Shown here: positions 28,314 through 35,861 of the stretch, one piece after another
Layout of the letters: each line of letters begins with the position of its first letter
How positions within the stretch are numbered: the first letter of the stretch is position 1
Assembly (NCBI GenBank): GCA_040386535.1
Contig: JAZKFH010000002.1
Location: 32,001-96,000, forward strand
DNA from: Myxococcota bacterium
Lineage (GTDB): Bacteria > Myxococcota_A > UBA796 > SXON01
Direction of reading: 5' to 3'
DNA: 64,000 bases
The notes under the pieces: model-generated
The model's database searches: none
What the model was told of the DNA's origin: nothing
Seen by the model: the letters and a program-made list of their open reading frames with translations, nothing else
Position numbers and translations under genes: made by a program

Positions 28314-29944
28314 GCAAGGCGCCATCGACATCCGCGGGGCGGCGCAAGGAGCGGGAGGGGCGCCACGTCTCGGTCGGCGGCGCCGCGGCGGACGAGGTGC
28401 TCGACAGCCTCGTGCAGCAGTTCTCCGACCGCTACGCGTTCATCCGCGAGCTCATCCAGAACAGCCTGGACGCGGGCGCCGCCCGGATCGACGTGCGCAT
28501 GGCGTTCGACGGGCGGGAGCTGCGCATCGAGGTCGCGGACGACGGCGACGGCATGGATCGCCCGATCATCGAGGGCTACCTCCTCACGTTGTTCCGCTCG
28601 ACCAAGGAGGACGACCTCACCAAGATCGGCAAGTTCGGCATCGGGTTCACCTCGATCTTCGCCATGGATCCGGTGGAGGTCGTCGTCGACACCGGGCGCG
28701 ACTCGGTGTGGCACCGCGTCACGTTCGACGCCCAACGCAGCTACACCCTGTCGCGGCTGGCCGATCCGTTCGAGGGCACCACGGTGACCCTCAAGATGGC
28801 CCGCGGGCGCAAGGCCGCCACGGAGGACGTACGCCAGGTGCGCGCCGCCGCGGTGCGGTGGTGCCGGTACGCGGACGCCGCGATCACGCTCGAAGCGACC
28901 GGCACCGACGAGGAGTGGGCGCCTACGCCCGTCGCGGCGCCCTTCACCGTCGACGCGCCGGTCGTGGTGGTCGACACCTCCGACGGCGTGCACGCGGTCA
29001 TGGGCCCCCACCCGTCGCGCACCCCGCCCGTGGGCTTCTACAACCGCGGCATCACGCTCTGGGAGGGCGACGAGCGCGCGATCCCCGGCGTGTGCTACCG
29101 CGTGGCGGGGCGGCACCTCGAGCACACGCTGACCCGCGACAACGTGATCCGCGACCGCCATTACGAGCTCGTCGTGACGCGGATCGGCGAGACCGCGCGT
29201 GTCCGTCTCGGCGCCGCGGTGCACGCCGAGGCCGAGGCCGCCGCTCGTGCGGGCGATCTTCGTCGGGTCGCGAGGTTGTACGCGGCCATCGCCGACGAGG
29301 TCCCGTGGGCGTGGCGCGAGGACGTGCCGCTGCTCCCAGGGCACGGCCGCCCGTTGTCCCTGGCCGACCTGCGCGCGACACGGCGCGAGGCCCTCGCCGG
29401 GTGGGTCGCGCGCCTGCGTGGGGCGCCGATCGTGGCGTGGTGGGCGCCGCCCGACTGTCCCATCGGGGCCGCGGTCGCGGCGGCGGGGACGCCGGTGCTG
29501 GTCGCCGACGTCCACGACGAGCCCCACGTCGCGTTCGCGGCGCGCCACCTCGGCGCCACGCGCCAGTCGGTCGCGACGGGGTGGGCGTTCGCGACGCCGG
29601 TCGCGGCGCCTTCGGCCCTGGCGGCGTTGTTCACAGGGGCGGTCGTGCCCGCCCGGTTCCACGGTGACGCCCTCGACGGCCGCCTCGCGGTCGCGATGCC
29701 CTCGGCCGCCGGCGGCCTCCTCGACGTTCCCCTCCCCGCCCCTCGCGCCCGGGACGCGCTCCTCGTCGACATCAGCCACCCGCTCCTCCGCGAGCTGGGC
29801 GCCCTCTCTCCCGCCGTCGGGGGCCTCCTCCTCCTCCACGCCGCGCGCGCCTCGGCGGGCTGGTCGGACGTGGATGCGCGGCTCGTCGACACCCTCGCCG
29901 CGGCGCTCGCGCCGCCCGCCGCACCACCGGGAGGCGCGTCGTGA
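28310..29944 (+). CDS. Divergent Hsp90/HtpG-like GHKL ATPase
   Basis: FIRELIQNSLDA, DDGDGM, IGKFGIGF, GTTVTL; middle-domain LEHTLTRD; C-terminal LLVDISHPLL resembling HtpG LEINPxHPL. Confidence 0.85.
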   Translation: MSKAPSTSAGRRKEREGRHVSVGGAAADEVLDSLVQQFSDRYAFIRELIQNSLDAGAARIDVRMAFDGRELRIEVADDGDGMDRPIIEGYLLTLFRSTKEDDLTKIGKFGIGFTSIFAMDPVEVVVDTGRDSVWHRVTFDAQRSYTLSRLADPFEGTTVTLKMARGRKAATEDVRQVRAAAVRWCRYADAAITLEATGTDEEWAPTPVAAPFTVDAPVVVVDTSDGVHAVMGPHPSRTPPVGFYNRGITLWEGDERAIPGVCYRVAGRHLEHTLTRDNVIRDRHYELVVTRIGETARVRLGAAVHAEAEAAARAGDLRRVARLYAAIADEVPWAWREDVPLLPGHGRPLSLADLRATRREALAGWVARLRGAPIVAWWAPPDCPIGAAVAAAGTPVLVADVHDEPHVAFAARHLGATRQSVATGWAFATPVAAPSALAALFTGAVVPARFHGDALDGRLAVAMPSAAGGLLDVPLPAPRARDALLVDISHPLLRELGALSPAVGGLLLLHAARASAGWSDVDARLVDTLAAALAPPAAPPGGAS

Positions 29945-32900
29945 GCGAAGAGATACTGGCGACGGGGCGTTTCCGCGTAGACCGCCGCCGCGCCCTCGAG
30001 AAGATGGAGAAGTTCCAGCTCGCCGACCCGCGCGCCTACACGCTGGAGCTCGTCGCCGCCGCGGTCTCCGCCGGGGCCACCCGCATCGACGTGCGCAACG
30101 ACAGTGACGACTTCGAGCTCTCGTGGGAGGGCGACGGCCCCACGCGCGACGAGCTCGACGGCATCTTCGACCACCTCTTCGCGAAGCCCACGACACCGCG
30201 CGCCGGCATGCTCCAGCACCTCGCCATCGGCGTCCTCGGCGCGCTGGGGCAGGCGCCCACGTGGGTGCGGGTCGACCGCGGCGGCACCCCGCCCCTGCGC
30301 CTCTCGATCGACGACCCGACGAGCACGCTCGCCGTCGAGCACGCGCACGGCGTGACCGGGACCCGCGTCCACGTGCGCCAGCGGCTCTCCGCGCAGAACC
30401 TCGCCGAGGCGCTGCTCCTTCCACTCCGCGATCCGGGCGAGGCGCGGCTGCTCCGCGAAGCCGCGCGCTGGTGCCCCGTGCCCGTCTACATCGGCGGGAA
30501 GCCGATCGTGGCGCCGATCCCCTCTCCTGCACGCGCCATCTGGGCCTCTCCGAGCGGGGCTTCCCCTAGCGGCGCCTCTCCGGGCGGTGCTCTCTGGCTG
30601 GTCCCCGACCCTCGGCAGCGCGTCGACGTCGTGCGCAAGGGGATCGTCGTGGGGCAGGTCGAGCGGAACGTGGGTCAGCTGGGGGTGGCGGGCTGGTTCG
30701 CGGGCGACACGCTCCACCTCGACGCCTCCCGCGCCCGCGTCGTCGAGGACGACACGTGGAAGGGGTACGGCAAGGCGCTGGATGACGCGGTGGCCGCGCT
30801 GCTGGAGGGCCTCGCGGAGGCCGCTTCCGCCCGGCCCCAGCCCCTCCCTGAGGCAGAGCGCGCCGAGCTCCTCGACGCAGCGGCGTGGCTCGGCGAGCAC
30901 AAGCGCCCGATCGGACGCTACGCCGCGCTCCCCCTGCTCACCGATCTTGTCGAGCGGTCCTGGTCAGCCGACGAGCTGCGTGCGTTCGAGGGCCCCAAGG
31001 GCACCCTGACGGACGTGGCCCTCGTGGAGGCGGCGTACGGGTGCGTCGTGTTCGCGGCGACGCTCCGGACCCCCCTCGAGACGCTCTGTCCGGGCCTCCC
31101 CGACCTCACGACGCTCCTGCGCACCCGCGCCGAGGGGCAGGAGCGCCGCCGTCTCGCCGCGCACCGGCGTCGGCCGGCCGAATTCGCGCCGTCGGCCCAC
31201 CAGCTCGTCTTCACGGAGGGGCCGCTGCGCGGCGCCGTGTGTTTCCGCGAGGGGACGGGCCTGCAGGATCTGCTCGTCCACCTGCGGATCGACGGGATGC
31301 CGGTCGAGGACGTGGCGATCCCCTCCCCGGCCGGGGCGATGGAGGCCATCCTCGACCACCCCGGCTTCGCACCCGACGAGGGCTTCCGCCACGTCGCGCC
31401 CGACGCCACGCGCGCCGCCGCGGAGGCCACGTTGCTCGCGAAGGCGCGGGAGTTCGCGGCGGCCCACGTCGATCGCCTCGCGCGCGGCGCCTCGTTGTCG
31501 CCCGCCGCGATGGTCGTCCTCACCGCCGCCGTCCGCGCCGCGGGGGCCAAGGCACGGGAGGATCTCCCCGCGTTGCTCGGGCGCCGCGGTGACGACGCCT
31601 TGCTGCGCTCCCACGCCTTCGCGTGCGCGGACGGCCGCCGGCTCGGCCTCCCCGACGTGCTCGCGCCCGGTCCCGCCTGGATCGTCGTGACCCGCGTGCC
31701 ACGCGACTGCCCGCCGTCGCTCGCGGCCACCGTGCTCGTCGTGCCCGACGACGTGCTCCCCACCTGGCTGGGCTGGCTCGGGGCGCGCGCGAGCGACGGG
31801 CGGACCACGCTCGAAGACGACATCCGCGGCGCCCGCCGCCGGGCCGCGCCGAAGCGTCGCGCCGTGCTGGACGGCCACTTCGTACTCCGCGCCCCCGTGG
31901 CCCACGGTGGCTACACGGGCGAGCTCGGGCTCGACGGCAGCACGGCGGCGCCCCGTATCGAGCTCCTCCGCGACGGCATCCCGGTGTGCACGGTGTCTCC
32001 GGCGCTCGGCCTCCCGGGGCTCGTCGGGGTCATCGATGACCCCGCGATGGGGGTGAACCGCGCGCACGACGCCCCGCTCGCCGCGGACGTGCTCCCAGCC
32101 CTCGTGAGGAAGCTCGCCCCCGCGGTGGAGGCCCTTGCCCGCGCCGCCTGGGACGCGCACCCGGGCGTGGGGGCGCCCGATCCCGTGCTCGCGTGGCTCG
32201 CGACGCGCGGCGAGACCGTCCCCGCCTGGGCCGTCCCCCGCGCCCTGCTGCGCACCGTCGACGGCGCCTCCCTCACGCTCGCCGATCTCCGCGCGCGCGC
32301 CTCGGACCGGCGGGCCGCGCGGATCAAGCTCCTCCGGCGGCCGCCGGGCGACGTTCCTGGTTTCGAGGACGCCGTGGTGGTCTCCGCCGCGCTCCAGCAG
32401 GCCGTGGAGGCCATCGCGCCGCGGGCCGTACGCGCCGGCGAGGCCGAGCTGGCCGATGCCACCCGGCACCTCGCCACCTACCTCGCGCGCCCGCATGCCG
32501 ACGATCCGGCCGCCCTCGCGTCCCGTGACGAGGTCGAGGGCGACCTGCGGGTGCGCTGGGTGTTGCTGGCCGACCCCGACCGGGCGGCGGTGCTGCGCGT
32601 GGAAGCGCGTTGGCGCGATCGTGTGCTCGCGACGAGGGACCGCGGCGAGAGCCTCGGCGTGCTCGCCATCGTGGAGGGCGCCGGGATCACCCCGAGCGCG
32701 GCGTTGACCGAGCTTCGCGATCCGCAGCGCCTGCACCCGTTCCTCAAGAAGGCGCGCACGCAGTTCGACAACGTCGTGGGCGACGCCCTCCACGCACTCG
32801 GGGATGACGGCGTGCCGGAGCCCCACCGTGCGACGTGGCGCGGCGTCCTCGCGCGGCTGGACGGCGCCAACGACCGCACCCGGGCCGAGACGACGCTCCG

Positions 32901-35409
32901 CGACCGCATCGCGGGGCTGAAGCTCTTCCGTCGCCTCGACGGCGTGCTCGTCTCCCGCGCCGAGATCGTCGCCGCCCTCGACAGCGGGCCGGTCTGGCAG
33001 GTGCCTTCCGACACGCTGCCGGGCGCCACCGACTCCCCCTGGTACCTCCCCGAGGAGCCGTGGACGATGCGTGCGCTGGGGGTGCTCGCGTCACGCCTGG
33101 GCGCCGGCGGCCCGGCGCTGCTCGCGTGGCGAGAGGGAGAGGTCCGTCGCCGCTCGCTCGTGCGCCGGGATCCCGTCGTCAGCGGGCGGGTGCTCGCGCG
33201 CGGACCGGTCACGGCGAACGGTCTCGTCGGCGAGGTCGCGCTCGTTCCCCTGGTAGAGGGCCGGGCGCGCGGCCTCGAGATCCAGCCGCTCGTCGACGGC
33301 CTTCCCCTGGATCCCGTCACCGTGCCCTTCCCCGCGCCCGCCGTCGCCGTGATCACCGGCCGGTCGGTGCGTGCGGACCGCGCGTTCCGCACGTGGGCGG
33401 CCGGCGCCCCCGCGGACGACGAGGCCGCCGCCACGGCGAAGGCCGCCGTCGTCACAGCGGGGCACACGCTCGCCATGTCCCTGGCCACGCGCGTGGGCGC
33501 GGCCGGGCTCGAAGTGGCCCCGACGTGGGGCTCGGCATCCCCCGAGCAGCTCTGGGCGGTCGCCTACGCCCTGGACGACGGTCCTGGCGCCGCGCTCGCC
33601 CTGTTCCCGTTGCTCGGCGGCGGGACGATCTCCGCGACGGCGTTGGCCGTTCGCGCGAAGGCCGGCGGCGTCGGCGTGGTGGCCCCCGGCACCACGCCCT
33701 TCGTAGCGGGCGCCGCGCCCGTGATCGCGCCGAAGTGGCTCCACGAACGGCTCGCGGCGCGGTTTCCGCTCGTCGATCTCGGCCCCATCGCGCTGCGTCA
33801 TCTCACGCCCGCGCCGAGCCCGACGGGGCACCCCGAGGTGGTGACCTCGGACGCGCGGGTGGGGTTCACGCGCGGCGCCGACGGCGTCGAGGTGCGCCGC
33901 CAGGGAGTGCTCCTCGCCACGGTGCCGGCTCGCGGTCCCGTCCCGATCACGGGGCGGCTGGACGCCCCCGATGCCGACGTCGACCCCCTCTGGCGCGGCC
34001 TGCTCCCCTCGCCTGCAACCACCGCGGTCCAGGCGCGCCTGGTCGCGCTGTCCAACGCCGTGCTCGCCCGCATCGTCGAGGACGCCGAGGCCCTCGCCCC
34101 GCGGGCGGCCGCCTCCCCCCTCCGCGAGGCGCTCGTCTTGGCGCTCGACACGCTGACCGCGTCCGTGACCGACGATGCCGCGCTGGCGGCCGCCTCGGCC
34201 TCGAACCCCCTCGTGGCGCGCCTCCTCGCCCTCCCGCTCTTCCGTGACTGCACGGGCGGCACGGGCGCCCTCCCCGACGTGCTCGCCCGGTCCCCCGTTC
34301 GGGTCGTGCCGGTGGGCGTGAGCGGGATCCCGCTCCCGTCGCGCGGCCGGATCTGGACGCTCGACACCGCGGAGCGCGGGCTCGTCGGCCGACTGCGGAG
34401 GCTCCACGAGGCCGAGGAAACCCTGCGGGACGAGACGCGCGGGGCGGCGCGCCGCGCGGTGGCCAGCCGCCCCGCGCCCATCCCGCCGAAGGACGCGCAC
34501 GTCGTGACGCTCGGGCGCACGGGTGGGCCGTGGAGCGGGGCAATATGGCTCGACCCCACGCCCCGGTCCGTGCCGGACCTCGGCGGGGAGGGCGCCGGAG
34601 TCGCGGTGCGTGTGGACGGCGCCACGGTCCAGTTGCTCCACGCCGCGCCGGGGGTCGTCGGCTGGATCGAGGGCGCGTTCGAGACGGACGCGGGCTTCAC
34701 CGTAGTCACGCTCCCCACCGACGTGACGATCGCGCTCCGCGGGGCCGCGGCCGAGCTCCTCCAGACCGAGGCCGCCTCGTCACCCCAGCAGGTACACCGT
34801 CGTCTCTCTGTGGCGCTCGCCGCATGCCGCCACGTCCACGATACGCTCCTCGCGGCGCCCCTCTCGCCGTGGGGGCTGGTCCCGCTCCTCTCCGACACCA
34901 CCGGCAAGGCGATCGACCTGCCGGCCCTCCGGGGCGCCATCAAGTCGAAGAAGCGCCTGCTCGTCGGGGCCGCGGGGGCGTTGTCGTCCCGCAAGAACGA
35001 GTGGGTGGTCGCCGGTGACGACGCCACGCTCGCCCTCCTCCGCGCGTGGTTTCCCGGCGCCGACGTGGAGGCCGTCGACGAGGCGCAAGCGCGGCGAGAG
35101 GCGCGGCGGCGCGAAGACGCTGCGAAGCGCGAGCAGGGCAACGTCGGCAAGCGCGAACGGGCGTTCGCCGAACGTGCGGGGGCGCACTACACGAAATGGA
35201 GCGGTTCCCCGGCTCCGGACAAGGCCATCCACGCCTGGATCGCGGCGTGGGCGGCCGGGCGGCACCCGGCGTGGCCCTCGTTCGCCGAGGCCGACCTCGA
35301 CGGGCCCTGGGCCGCGCTCGTCGCGTTCGCCGTGGGGGTGGAGGGGACCGTGCCCCAGATCCCGATGGTCACGGGGCTGGCGGGGGTGTTGAAGGGGGCG
35401 GTCAGCTGA
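29941..35409 (+). CDS. Giant (1822 aa) protein: degenerate GHKL domain plus about 7 Hsp90-middle-like repeats
   Basis: GTGA coupling; FRVD..LEKM..FQLADP.AYTLELVAAAVSAGA; LHLDASRARV; recurring LF/LLxxxDGxxxSLxxL motif about every 210-230 aa. Confidence 0.75.
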   Translation: MSEEILATGRFRVDRRRALEKMEKFQLADPRAYTLELVAAAVSAGATRIDVRNDSDDFELSWEGDGPTRDELDGIFDHLFAKPTTPRAGMLQHLAIGVLGALGQAPTWVRVDRGGTPPLRLSIDDPTSTLAVEHAHGVTGTRVHVRQRLSAQNLAEALLLPLRDPGEARLLREAARWCPVPVYIGGKPIVAPIPSPARAIWASPSGASPSGASPGGALWLVPDPRQRVDVVRKGIVVGQVERNVGQLGVAGWFAGDTLHLDASRARVVEDDTWKGYGKALDDAVAALLEGLAEAASARPQPLPEAERAELLDAAAWLGEHKRPIGRYAALPLLTDLVERSWSADELRAFEGPKGTLTDVALVEAAYGCVVFAATLRTPLETLCPGLPDLTTLLRTRAEGQERRRLAAHRRRPAEFAPSAHQLVFTEGPLRGAVCFREGTGLQDLLVHLRIDGMPVEDVAIPSPAGAMEAILDHPGFAPDEGFRHVAPDATRAAAEATLLAKAREFAAAHVDRLARGASLSPAAMVVLTAAVRAAGAKAREDLPALLGRRGDDALLRSHAFACADGRRLGLPDVLAPGPAWIVVTRVPRDCPPSLAATVLVVPDDVLPTWLGWLGARASDGRTTLEDDIRGARRRAAPKRRAVLDGHFVLRAPVAHGGYTGELGLDGSTAAPRIELLRDGIPVCTVSPALGLPGLVGVIDDPAMGVNRAHDAPLAADVLPALVRKLAPAVEALARAAWDAHPGVGAPDPVLAWLATRGETVPAWAVPRALLRTVDGASLTLADLRARASDRRAARIKLLRRPPGDVPGFEDAVVVSAALQQAVEAIAPRAVRAGEAELADATRHLATYLARPHADDPAALASRDEVEGDLRVRWVLLADPDRAAVLRVEARWRDRVLATRDRGESLGVLAIVEGAGITPSAALTELRDPQRLHPFLKKARTQFDNVVGDALHALGDDGVPEPHRATWRGVLARLDGANDRTRAETTLRDRIAGLKLFRRLDGVLVSRAEIVAALDSGPVWQVPSDTLPGATDSPWYLPEEPWTMRALGVLASRLGAGGPALLAWREGEVRRRSLVRRDPVVSGRVLARGPVTANGLVGEVALVPLVEGRARGLEIQPLVDGLPLDPVTVPFPAPAVAVITGRSVRADRAFRTWAAGAPADDEAAATAKAAVVTAGHTLAMSLATRVGAAGLEVAPTWGSASPEQLWAVAYALDDGPGAALALFPLLGGGTISATALAVRAKAGGVGVVAPGTTPFVAGAAPVIAPKWLHERLAARFPLVDLGPIALRHLTPAPSPTGHPEVVTSDARVGFTRGADGVEVRRQGVLLATVPARGPVPITGRLDAPDADVDPLWRGLLPSPATTAVQARLVALSNAVLARIVEDAEALAPRAAASPLREALVLALDTLTASVTDDAALAAASASNPLVARLLALPLFRDCTGGTGALPDVLARSPVRVVPVGVSGIPLPSRGRIWTLDTAERGLVGRLRRLHEAEETLRDETRGAARRAVASRPAPIPPKDAHVVTLGRTGGPWSGAIWLDPTPRSVPDLGGEGAGVAVRVDGATVQLLHAAPGVVGWIEGAFETDAGFTVVTLPTDVTIALRGAAAELLQTEAASSPQQVHRRLSVALAACRHVHDTLLAAPLSPWGLVPLLSDTTGKAIDLPALRGAIKSKKRLLVGAAGALSSRKNEWVVAGDDATLALLRAWFPGADVEAVDEAQARREARRREDAAKREQGNVGKRERAFAERAGAHYTKWSGSPAPDKAIHAWIAAWAAGRHPAWPSFAEADLDGPWAALVAFAVGVEGTVPQIPMVTGLAGVLKGAVS
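30544..30588. repeat. 3x imperfect 15-bp coding repeat (ASPSG)
   Basis: gcctctccgagcggg gcttcccctagcggc gcctctccgggcggt. Confidence 0.7.
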
Positions 35410-35824
35410 AGAGGTGAACCGGCGCGAACAGGATCGCGCCCACCCCGAAGATCACGAGGATCCACACGATGCTCGTGGGGTTGGCGACCAGGTACGAGCG
35501 GGACGGATCGTTCGGGTCGTAGTGGACCGGCACCGGGTTCGGCAGGCTGTCGACCAACTTCCGGATGCGGGTCGGATATCCCCCACTGTTGCGGACCTGG
35601 TACACCTGGTCGTTCGTGTGGACCGCGCCGCCCACACTGTAGGTGTACTTCACGTGGGGAAGGAACATGCGGCCGTGCGCCTTCATCGGCTCGCCGATGC
35701 CCCGCTCGAGGATCGTGCCGGGGACCGTCGGCCAGTCGCGCCCCGTCCGGATCTCCGTGTGTACGCGGCGCGCGAACCAGAGCGCCGTGGCGCCGAAGAA
35801 GAGCGTCAGGAGAAAGAGCGCCAT
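35402..35824 (-). CDS. DUF3592-like membrane protein
   Basis: TM-WPTVPGTI..YTYSVGG..VHYDPNDPSRS-TM; start ATG 35824. Confidence 0.8.
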   Translation of the reverse strand: MALFLLTLFFGATALWFARRVHTEIRTGRDWPTVPGTILERGIGEPMKAHGRMFLPHVKYTYSVGGAVHTNDQVYQVRNSGGYPTRIRKLVDSLPNPVPVHYDPNDPSRSYLVANPTSIVWILVIFGVGAILFAPVHLFS

Positions 35825-35861
35825 GGTCGCAAGGTAGCCGGGGCCCCTATCGAACGCGACA

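Noticed and set aside
28310..29944. Calling this gene canonical htpG
   Set aside because: Shorter and highly divergent, and coupled to a paralogous giant protein; no gene symbol assigned
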